A stretch of 64,000 nucleotides of DNA from the NCBI RefSeq assembly GCF_006345805.1, contig NC_043000.1, positions 71,734,001 to 71,798,000 of the forward strand, read 5' to 3'. The notes under the pieces were generated by a model. The model was not told the DNA's origin, did not search any database, and saw only the letters and a list, made by a program, of their open reading frames with translations. Source of the stretch: Octopus sinensis (Eukaryota). The position numbers and the translations under genes were made by a program. Of this stretch, positions 12,440-22,287 are shown piece by piece. The first letter of the stretch is position 1; every line of letters begins with the position of its first letter.

Positions 12440-12800
12440 TCTTATTTGAACACTTTATATTGTTTCAGTCATTGAACTGCGGTCATGCTGGAGTACCGCC
12501 TTGAAAGGTTTTAGCCAATCAAATCAACCTCAGTACTTATAAAGTCTGGTACTTATTCTATCGGTTACTTTTGCCGATTCGCTAAGTTACAGGGACATGA
12601 ACAAACAAACACCCGTTGCAAAGTGGGTTGGGGCAGACACAAAGACATACATGCATGCATACATACACATGCGCGCACAAACACTGAATTTCTTTCAATT
12701 TCCGCCTACCAAATCCACTCACAACTTGTGAGTCACAAGGCTTTGGGTGGCCCAGGACAATTGTTGAAGACATTTGCCCAAGGTGTCACGCAATGGGACC
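12440..12800 (-). mobile_element. tRNA-derived SINE, main family, diverged
   Basis: Reverse complement of the body and tail of 3821-4232. Confidence 0.8.
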
Positions 12801-13528
12801 TACGAAACCGTATGGTAGGTGGATTGAAACACGAGGTTGAACGCGTAAAGCCAAACATGAGACCGAAACTTCGAAAGATTTAGAATATCGTTGTGTCGAA
12901 AGATCAAAACTACAAATTTAAAAATGCTTCAGAGGAAAATGAGAAAAGCTATTTTCAATGACATTTGTTTACATTTTTAGGCATAACTACAGATGTATAT
13001 AATTCACCGAATTTGTTGCCACATAACTTACAGAAAATGGGTACTTTTTAACGAAAAGTTCAACAATTAATCTTGGAGATTGAGTGTATGTAAAGATTTG
13101 TTGCAAAAAAAAAAATGTATTTTGAGAGGCTGGTGAGGGGAGTTTCGCAAAATTCACACGACCCGATATATTCCCCCTCATAATTTTCAGGGGGATGGGT
13201 ATTTTCTATTGAAATTTTTTACTAATACCTTTCAAACGGTGTAGATTATGATTACAAAGAAATCTGTAAGCAAAATTTTTTGGCCCGGGGCGGGGGTGAG
13301 GAGTTTCGAATCAGACAGCCCACAAAGTCGAAATTTTTGACGGGAATTTTTCCAGTTTTTTTTCCAGCACAGTCTTCGGAATGATGGGAGGCATCTTTTC
13401 ACGAAAACAAGAAAAAAAATTTTTTTATTTAATTTTTTTTTTCACTTCCGCCACACTCTTACCACCCCAGTCCGGACCACTGTTATATACAAGAAAGGTG
13501 GCTCAACAGCGCCTAGGTAAAAAAAGTG

Positions 13529-14365
13529 TGTCACGAGAACTTAACCAAAGGCCGTGATTGGTTGGCTTTGGACTGGCGCGAAATAAGTAGAGACAAATCG
13601 CGCCACATGTCAACCAATCAGATCAGTGGACACAGGAACAGTCCAGCCAAAGGTGGCTGTAATCTCAAACGAGATCATTCCTGCTGTGTCTCTCAAACAG
13701 TGAGGATATCAGAGACCGCTACAAGTTCCTTCTCTAGTATGAGTAACAGATTTTTTTCTCCCCCACCCCTTTTTTTGGTTTCCGTTAATGTACATATTGG
13801 ATACGTGATGGGATTATCATCTTGTAACATCGATGCTTTTAGACAATCTTTTGAGCTACTTACAGAGCTGTCTTTAGAACTAAAGCACTTATTATCAGTT
13901 CTTTCAGTTTGTCAAAACTTTTTCAATGCGTATAACCCCATGTAAATTCGATGTCAACTTTGGTAACCCTTCGCAATGGTTACATAAATTAGGATAAATT
14001 TTGCATCATACATGACCATTCTTAAAAATCTAAATAAATGTTACTTATTTGTGAGTTGTGGCACCTCTATAACTATATGCACATGATCTGGATTTGGTTT
14101 GACACTATGGTAAGTGAGTTTGTGATCATCATAACTAACTTCGTCGTTGCCATTTTATTTTGCCAGGGTTAGTTTAAGTCCTGCTTTCGTAATACAATCA
14201 AAGACTTATTTATATTTTCTGTCATGTTCTTTGTTGGAACTACCCCTCTTCATTCAGCTCTATATGCCAAAAACTGCTTTGTGCATCTACTTTGGTGAAC
14301 TTATCAGCATTGCAGCAACTTCCTTGACTGTGACGGTAGATACACAATAGCTTTGGTTAATGTTA
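13529..14365 (-). mobile_element. Degenerate Gypsy RT/RH remnant with 3' LTR (13529-13748)
   Basis: Minus-strand translation: FTKVDAQSSFWHIEL, EHD..., SFDKLKELIISALVL. Purine tract aaaaaaggggtgggggag precedes a TG...CA 220-bp LTR-like segment. Confidence 0.6.
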
Positions 14366-14372
14366 ACCATAG

Positions 14373-16580
14373 TTGAAGTCAGTTGGATCAATAGGTAAGG
14401 ACGCTCTCCAGTTGGTAGAAGCAGTAGACACTGCAAGAGCATTTGAAGCCACTACCAAACAAATGGCCTCACTAAGCTTACAAACAAGCCCACTAGGTAG
14501 CAGTGTAGATACTGTATCTAGGCACAGGACACAAACCCACAAACAAAGAACTTGCCGGTACTGTGGTACAGAGCATGAATTTAATGACCGAAAAAAATGT
14601 CCTGCATTCGGTACACACTGCAAAGGATGTGGAAAACTTAACCACTGGAAAAAAATGTGTAGGGTAACAAAATCCCAGAGATACAAGCCCCAATTTTCAA
14701 AGAGGAGCAGAAATAGAAGGGATATACATGAACAACAACAGGAACAAAGCACCTCAGAGGAGGAATTCTTAGCAATCGGCATAATAAATGTGCATGAGAT
14801 GGGAAAGGACGACCGGAAGAAAGAAGATGAGACATACACGACGATAAGAATCCAAAAGAAGGCCGGAAGGAAAAGAACAAACATAGACTTAAGACTAAAG
14901 ATTGACACTGGAGCGCAGAGTAATATCTTACCTGTCAACCTCTACAAAAAGATGTTCCCAGAACACATAACAAAAGAGGATAAAGTCAAACAAGGAATCC
15001 TCACACCAAGTGATGTAATCCTCACTGCGTATGGAGGAACCAGGATTCCACAACTGGGTAAAACAACTATCGCAGGGACACACAAAGGAAAATTAATTAA
15101 GTGTTCTTTTTATGTCACAAGAACAGAAGGCCCAGCAATTCTTGGACTCGATACCTGCAGGTGGTTAAATATTGTGTCGGTCAATACTGAAGTGAAAGCA
15201 GCTCCAAGCAGGATTGACAGTGATATGCCTATCAAAGACCGACTACCAATCAAAAACAAAAGGGAGATGGAAGGACTAAGAAGAAAGGTCCACCACATTG
15301 TAAATGTGACAACCAATAAGCACATGTACAAAGACATAGAAAAGACAGTTTCTACATGCCGCATCTGCCAAAAGTACAAAACCTCACAACAAAAGGAGGA
15401 AATGATAGCTAGTGACATCCCAAGAAGGCCATGGCAAACTATTGGAGTAGATCTATTCACAGAAGGCCAAGAATGGTATTTAATAATGGCCTGCTACTAC
15501 TCCAAATTTCCATTTGTGAGAAAAGTGAAAGACCTGACAGCCAAAACAATCACTACAGTGGCCCGAGGACTCCTAGCAGAGCAAGGAATACCAGAGCAGA
15601 TCATATGTGACAATGGAACCCAGTTCACGTCACAAGAATTCAAAAAGCTAGCCGAAGAGTATGGGTTCAATATTACAACCTCATCTCCACACTATCCCAA
15701 AGGTCATGGGTTTATAGAAAGACAGGTGCAGACGGAAGAGAACACTAGTCAAATGCCGAGACTAAGGAAGACCCACACCTGGCACTTCTGTCCCTACGAG
15801 CGACACCACTGAGAGCTGATATGAAATCCCCAGCAGAATTGCTGAATGGCAGGAAGTACAAAACTACCCTGCCAACTAAGATCCAACCTCCTATTGACCA
15901 GGAAGAAACAAGGGCAAAGCTAGCAGCCACTCAAGAACAAGCACAGAGGCATTACAACAAACATGCACCTGAGATGCTTGGAGGACAACATGTGCATACT
16001 CAAGATCCCATAACTAAAACATGGATCCCAGCAAAGGCTGTCAGTAGAGCTGAAACACCAAGATCATATATAATAGAAACAGAATCTAGTAGGCAGCTGA
16101 GACGCAACAGGGCCCACATCCGCCCAACACCAGAGCTGCCGAGGAAAACGTGTACACCACCTGCTGCATTGGTGACAACACCCACAGAGTCATCACCCCA
16201 ACGTGTACCGACCACATATCAGCAGCCCAAGAACACACCTCAGACACCGGTGCGAAGCACAAGATGGAGAAAGAACACTCTGCCACCGGTTCGATACCGT
16301 TAAAGAAAAGAAAAGTATCTAATTCAGCTAGACTACAATCCATGGAGCAAGGGAGACTACTCATAATTGTCTTCACTGCCAAAAGACCCCTTTAATTTTT
16401 TTCAAGAAGAAGGGATGTTACACATTCATATCTGTGTGTTTGCTAATGCCAAACTACTCCCTACTCTTGGCACTATTTGTTAGTGAACAGTACAAACTGT
16501 GTGTGAAGTATATAATGTGTTACTACGCGAATGTCGTCGTCCGTCTATCAAGTAATGAAAATAAAGACGTAAACATAACA
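14373..16580 (+). mobile_element. Gypsy LTR retrotransposon, internally deleted (gag Zn-knuckles, protease, integrase; no RT/RH), with PPT and 3' LTR 16416-16580
   Basis: CRYCGTEH...C and CKGCGKLNHWKKMC; LKIDTGAQSNIL; DIEKTVSTCRICQ, PWQTIGVDLF, CDNGTQF, SSPHYPKGHG. PPT aagaagaaggga is followed by TGTTAC...ATAACA. Confidence 0.9.
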
Positions 16581-17614
16581 ATGGTTTTCATTTGGTTGTC
16601 TTTCCCATTAGAACCCAAACTACACATAACAGTTACCAATGTTCTACGATTAATGAGTTGACCCATGTTGTAGGATCACGATGCTTGACAATAACACCAA
16701 GCTTCTCCTGGCGATTACGTTCAAATTTGCCCTTAATCTCAAATTCTTCGTAGATGGTGTATGACTAATATAACGACCTGTTTTAACTTGAGTATTGATC
16801 AAGTAATTTTCTAAAACCTTTACACAGATCAGGTTAACCAAGTAATAAGTTTACAGAGTTCACCTCAGGTCTTTTTTAACAAGTCTAATTTAAGATATGC
16901 ATCTTTTCCTTGTATAGGTGATCGCATAAACCTATCCTGACAACTTGCAACATAAGTTTCATGACTGAACTTCTCGCTGGATGCTATACTAACTGTAGTT
17001 CTTCAGTCAGACATTAGTTGACTAAATAAATAGTGGACATAAGTGCTGTTTTTTTTAGAGCGACAGTACTCCTGTAACTAGTGATGATTTTGTCATCTGG
17101 GTTTTCAAATTCAAACAGTTAAATATTTATTGTGCTTGCAGTCTGGAGATAAGATGAAGCCTGCACTTTTCCGTCTTTCTCCGTGATTCCTGCAGCAAGC
17201 AACTACATGTCATATTGTGGTTCCCAGATCTTTTAGTTTTCGTCTAATCTTCCTTCAAAGCTCAAGATTTTTTGTTGTAGCTTCAAACACTTCTTGCTAA
17301 GACCAGAAGTAGCCTTTAAAATGTGTCCAGAATATTTCACTTTCAAACAGCTTGCACGGGCACTTTCTGCGTGCAAAACAAATAAAATTAATGAAGAGAA
17401 TAAATACTTATCTTTGTGTTTGTGTACTATAACAACAAAGACAGTTAGATAAAATAGGAGGCAACTTTACATGTAGCTTGTTAATCCATCCATCCAGCTT
17501 TCCGTCTACCTTTGTACCTACCCACCTACTTATATCTACTTTTCTGTCTGTCTGAAGAGACACACGGCATTTCGTAAGTGAAGGTTATCTCATTGCTTGG
17601 AAAATAAATTAAAA

Positions 17615-18320
17615 CAACTTGGGTGTTGTCGCCTCTCCTTTTCATAATTTTTATGAACTGGATCGACATGCGCAGCTATTGTAGAAGCGGCATTATAATC
17701 AGTAGTTGTAGAAACAACTGTCTAATATTTGCAGATGACATGGGGCTACTTGACTCATCCGAAGATAATCGCCAGCATGCACTGAATGGATTTACTACCG
17801 AGTGCTGAAAGGTAGGGATGAGTGTTAGTGTTGTGAAGACTGAGTCATTGGTCCCCTCAAGAAAGTCTTCCATGTTAGTGGAACACCACTGAGGCAAGTA
17901 GAGAAGTTTAAGTATGTCAAGGCCATAATCAAGAGCGATGGGAAGCAGGAGGCTGAATTGGGTGCAAGAAATGCAGGTGCTGGCACAGCAATGCACCGAC
18001 TCCAGCATTTGATCCTCAGATGGGGAGGGGTTGGTAAAGATAGCAAAAGTTGCTATCTTCAGTTCAGTTTATTCTCATCAATTGTCACGAATGTTGGGTA
18101 ATAGTTGAAAGAGTACAATCGTGACTACAAGCAGCTGAAATAGGGTTCCTCTGAAAGATCTCTTACCTGTCAGGGTACGTAACTCTTTCCAGTTCGAGCC
18201 ACTACTAACATTAAGAGGTCACAGCTCTGCTACTACGGACATATAATTAGAATGTTGCAGGAAAGAATAGCAAGATGCATTCTGCAAACCAAGCCAACCG
18301 ACAGGCTGGATAACATCCTG
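17615..18320 (+). mobile_element. Degenerate RTE-type LINE RT fragment (different lineage)
   Basis: LSPLLFIIFM...LIFADDMGLL, followed by QVEKFKY. Confidence 0.75.
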
Positions 18321-18534
18321 ATATGACGTACGACTTTTTGTCGTCACTGTTATATCTGAGCTGCTATAATATCAAACGTTTCTGATGTTCTCTTATTACT
18401 CTCCAGCTGTGTATCTTCAACAAACACTCCACGATATCTCTATTCAATAATTCCTACGACCTGCACACTATGACTGTGCATATGACACTCTTTGCAGACT
18501 GTTCTGTGCATGCTCATTTATACCAACTAGTATA

Positions 18535-19694
18535 TAACCTACGAGACCTCTTGGTCCACAGCTTCTTCCCTGACCCTACCTCCCAACCTGGCTCGTTCCC
18601 CTGCTCCCGCCCACGCTGCCGCACTTGCCCATACCTCTCCAACACCACCCTCCTCACCGGCACCCATCACCAACCCTATCGCATCCTCGACTCCTTCACC
18701 TGCACCTCCAGCTATATAATCTATTGCATCTCCCGCTCTCTCTGCCATTCCCTGTACATCGGACAAACAGGACGCCGCTTGGCTGACCGGTTCGCGGAAC
18801 ACCTCCGAGACATCCGCCTCGCCAATGACACACCAGTCTCACGCCATTTCTGCTCCACCGGTCACTCCTTGCAACACCTGTCTGTGTTCGGATTGTCCTT
18901 GCACAGAGGCCATCAGGATTCCCGCTTGCGTCGTGAACAGGGATTAATCTTCTCTCTTCGCTCTTTTACGCCATTTGGGCTCAACTCTTCCCCCTTTTCA
19001 TCTAACCTCCCCCCGACTCCTATTTCTCTTCAGTCCTTCGTCTTTTCACCCCTACTCTCTTTCCTTCCTCTTCCCTTCTTCCCCTTCTCCCTGCTCCCCC
19101 CCTCCCCATCTCCCCCTCCCCAAACCCCCAGCCGAACCCACACCTCACATGGGCTTTCCCCACCTCCCCACAACATCACACCACACTACACTACACCATA
19201 CGACATTACACATCACATCACAACACAACACCCACAGCACACCGCCCACACACCCATCCCCACATCTTTACACCTACACATATCATATCACAACACACCC
19301 ATCCCCATATCTCCACACCCACACATACATACACATGTCCAGACCACCAGCCCTCTTTCACACGCACATACATACTCTCTTATACACACACGTACCTTCG
19401 TGTTGGGGCAAAGTCACTTGACCCTGCTATCTCCCCTACTGTCCCTCTAGCGTCTAACGTCTGACTTCTGACCTCTGACTTCTGCCTGAAGTCAGAACGC
19501 CATAATGGACCGTTAGCTCCTACACGCATTTTTTCTCTCCTTTTTTTTTTTCTGTGTATCTTTCTGTCGAAGAGCGTAGGCTTGAAACGTAAAAGACTTG
19601 TTCTATTTCTATTCCTGAGCGCCATACTAATACATTTGTTTGTTTGTACTCCACCTGCCTTCGTCTTTTGTTTATTTTCGTAAACCTTCCCGTT
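18535..19694 (+). mobile_element. 5'-truncated Penelope-like element (Neptune-type) with GIY-YIG endonuclease
   Basis: PCSRPRCRTCPY, FTCTSSYIIYCI, LYIGQTGRRLADRFAEH, PVSRHF. Flanked by atac(c/t)aactagtata at 18520-18534 and 19695-19709, read as a TSD. Confidence 0.9.
19559..19596 (+). ncRNA. Minimal type I hammerhead ribozyme motif, variant core CUGUCGA
   Basis: TCTTT-CTGTCGA-A-GAGC(GTAG)GCTT-GAAA-CGT-A-AAAGA. Stem I TCTTT/AAAGA, stem II hairpin, palindromic ACGT stem III. Confidence 0.6.
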
Positions 19695-20654
19695 ATACTA
19701 ACTAGTATAGTTCACTTAGCCAATCACGGGGGTGTACAGATTCCCCATACAACACATGACGGTTGTTTCTAATAGGATGCCATGGAGGAGGTATTTCAGG
19801 ACTCTAACACCACGACCCTTCCAGGAAAGGTGAACGAGAAAATGGATAGTTGAAAGACTTGGAAATTAACAATATGAAAGTAATTGATACTGTGAAAGAA
19901 ATGTGTGTATGAGTTAACTCCTATTTTTAATGGAGCAGTTAGCTGAACCCTAGTTATAATTATGTGGATAATTTTATCTATAAAGGTTATTTTAACATAC
20001 CGATCTACTTGGTAAAATTGTTAATTAATTGATTAATTAAATAATTTAATTAATAAAATTTACCCTTCAATTATTAATTTAAAATTATAATTTACTCCAT
20101 GATAGAATACTGCAGTTTTCTGTGGTATTGCTTGTAGCATACACATGGGTATAGAGTTTGAATAGTGTATTCACATTTGGCTCTGTAAATTTTGGAAGTG
20201 TTGGTTGGATATCTGTTACATGATGACACTCGATTGTGTGCATATTCAGCCATAGCAATTTCAAATTTTATAAAAATTGGAAATATTATACAGAAGAGAG
20301 AAGTAACTTTTAAATTACTTTAATCTTGAAACGCGTATATAATTAATCCTGGTCATGTTGATTCATTGTTTTTCTCTTTGCCTTCATAAAAAAGTATGTT
20401 TACCGTCATGGAGATTCTTATAGTAGCAGGAAAGGAATTTTAAACTCCTATTTCTAATTTCGATATGTGGTGAAGCAGTTAGCTGAACCCTAATTATATA
20501 TATATATGTATTTTTTTCAAAGTGTACAAATAACACGGAAAAAAGAAATAGATAGTTACCAGGGTAGCAAAAATTCACATAAGTGCCAAGGATATTACAG
20601 CTTACTTATAAAGGTAGAAATTCCAAGGTTAAGTGAAATGTTTTTGTATTACAT

Positions 20655-20742
20655 AGATAAATTAAGAAATGGAGTCAAATGCAGATATTATTCAAATCCA
20701 TTTGAATAACATCTGTGTTTGACTCCATTTCTTAATTTATCT
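20655..20742. repeat. 88-nt near-perfect hairpin (43-bp arms)
   Basis: agataaattaagaaatggagtcaaa...ttcaaat cc atttgaa...tttgactccatttcttaatttatct, with three non-Watson-Crick positions. Confidence 0.9.
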
Positions 20743-20764
20743 CTCTCTCTCTATATATATATAT

Positions 20765-21075
20765 ATATAGTAAATCCAAAAAGAACGAAGAACAAACACA
20801 AAAAAACAACAACGTGTCAATGTGGTGCATGTAAAGTATTAGCAGACACTCAGGGAAGGAAAGAAAGGTGGTTTTACATTTCGAGCAAAGCTCTTCTTCA
20901 GAAACAGAGGAAAGTTCAATAGAAAAGGAAGACGAAGAAAAAAAAAATATCGCCAATGAATCACATTTTCCCCGGCTTTCCGACTGACTTTGGAGTACCA
21001 AATTCACGAAATTCTTTCTACCATTGGGTTACATTACCTTGTTCATTCAGAATATGCAATTCCTGCACCTTGATT
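20765..21075 (-). mobile_element. ORF-less PLE terminal remnant flanked by (TA)n
   Basis: Contains a hammerhead motif and a T-rich end like the other PLE termini in the window. Confidence 0.55.
20871..20905 (-). ncRNA. Minimal type I hammerhead ribozyme motif, canonical CUGAAGA core
   Basis: GTTT-CTGAAGA-A-GAGC(TTT)GCTC-GAAA-TGT-A-AAAC. Stem I GTTT/AAAC. Stem III is ATGT, a probable CpG decay of ACGT. Confidence 0.65.
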
Positions 21076-21116
21076 GTGAATATATACATATATACGTACA
21101 TATATATATATATAAA

Positions 21117-21452
21117 AGTAAAAGACCCCCTTCGGTCATGAATGACCATGGAATTGCACCTAGAAAGTTATCCTCCTAGACACAAGTCCGGGCAAGGTTG
21201 TTTATAGAAGACCAGCAGTCGCCCATGCATACCAGCCTCTCCTCTCCACGCCACCAGTGTTATCCAAGGGAAAGACAAAGGTCAATACAGCTTGGCACCA
21301 GTGACGTCGCAACTCGTTTCTACAGCTGAGTGAACTGGAGCAACGTGAAATAAAGTGCCTTGCTCAAGAACACAACACGCAGCCCGGTCCGGGATTCGAG
21401 CTCACAACCTCACGATCGTAAGCTCGACGCTCTAACCACTGAGCTATGCGCC
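21117..21452 (-). mobile_element. tRNA-derived SINE, second family
   Basis: Head ggcgcatagctcagtggttagagcgtcgagcttacgatcgtgaggttgtgagctcgaatccc, followed by a non-tRNA body. Confidence 0.85.
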
Positions 21453-21454
21453 TT

Positions 21455-21517
<63 letters not shown>

Positions 21518-21523
<6 letters not shown>

Positions 21524-21688
21524 CAGGAGTGGCTGTGTGGTAAGTAACTTGCTTACCAACAATAAGGTTCTGGGTTCAGTCTCACTGTGTGGTGCCTTGG
21601 GCAAGTATCTTCTACTATAGCCTCGGGCCGACCAAAGCCTTGTGAGTGGACTTGTAGATGGAAACTGAAAGAAGCTGATCATATATAT

Positions 21689-21742
<54 letters not shown>

Positions 21743-21950
21743 TATATGTCTGTGTTTGTCCCCACCATGATTGCTTTGACAACTGATGGTGTGTTTACAT
21801 CCCCGTAACTTAGTGGTTTGGCAAAACAGACCAATAGAATAAGTACTAAGCTTACAAAGAATAAGCCCTGGGGTCGATTTGTTCGACTAAAGGTGGTGCT
21901 CCAGCATGGCTGGAATCAACTGATTGAAGCAAACAAAAGAAAAGAATAAG
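21518..21950 (+). mobile_element. tRNA-derived SINE, main family
   Basis: Similar to 3821-4232. Confidence 0.85.
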
Positions 21951-22287
21951 AGAATGTATATATATATTTATATAATCAAAATACACAACAGGATATCAAG
22001 AAGTGATGCAGTATGACCGTTTCAAGCGGCTCCATTTAATTGAACAATGCGATCATTACATCAATTTAAATGCAGTGCTATCATCAGCTGCATAAATAAA
22101 TAGAATTTGAACCAGTTGGACTCATTAATATAATTTTCTCAAATACTTTAACAGAGAAAGAAGATGGAAGAAATTTGTGTTGTTGCTCTTGTAGCTAAGA
22201 ATAGACTACATTTCCAAGAATGGCATGAAGCCCACTGCATTCATAACTTGTAAAGGATTGTGGTTCATTTCTAATTTATTTGTCATT

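Noticed and set aside
13470-13495. ccggaccactgt end resembling a Transib/RSS-like CACAGTG heptamer
   Set aside because: The heptamer is imperfect and no matching opposite end or TSD was found.
14363-14938. 191-aa antisense ORF, and similar antisense ORFs at 32171-32923, 43070-43687 and 4758-5189
   Set aside because: They are shadow frames of TE coding sequence on the opposite strand.
17545-17585. CTGAAGA followed by a possible stem
   Set aside because: No GAAA and no closing stems.
21385-21452. tRNA-like sequence with a TAC anticodon-like loop
   Set aside because: It lacks a proper acceptor stem and T-run terminator and continues into a SINE body, so it is a SINE head and not a tRNA gene.
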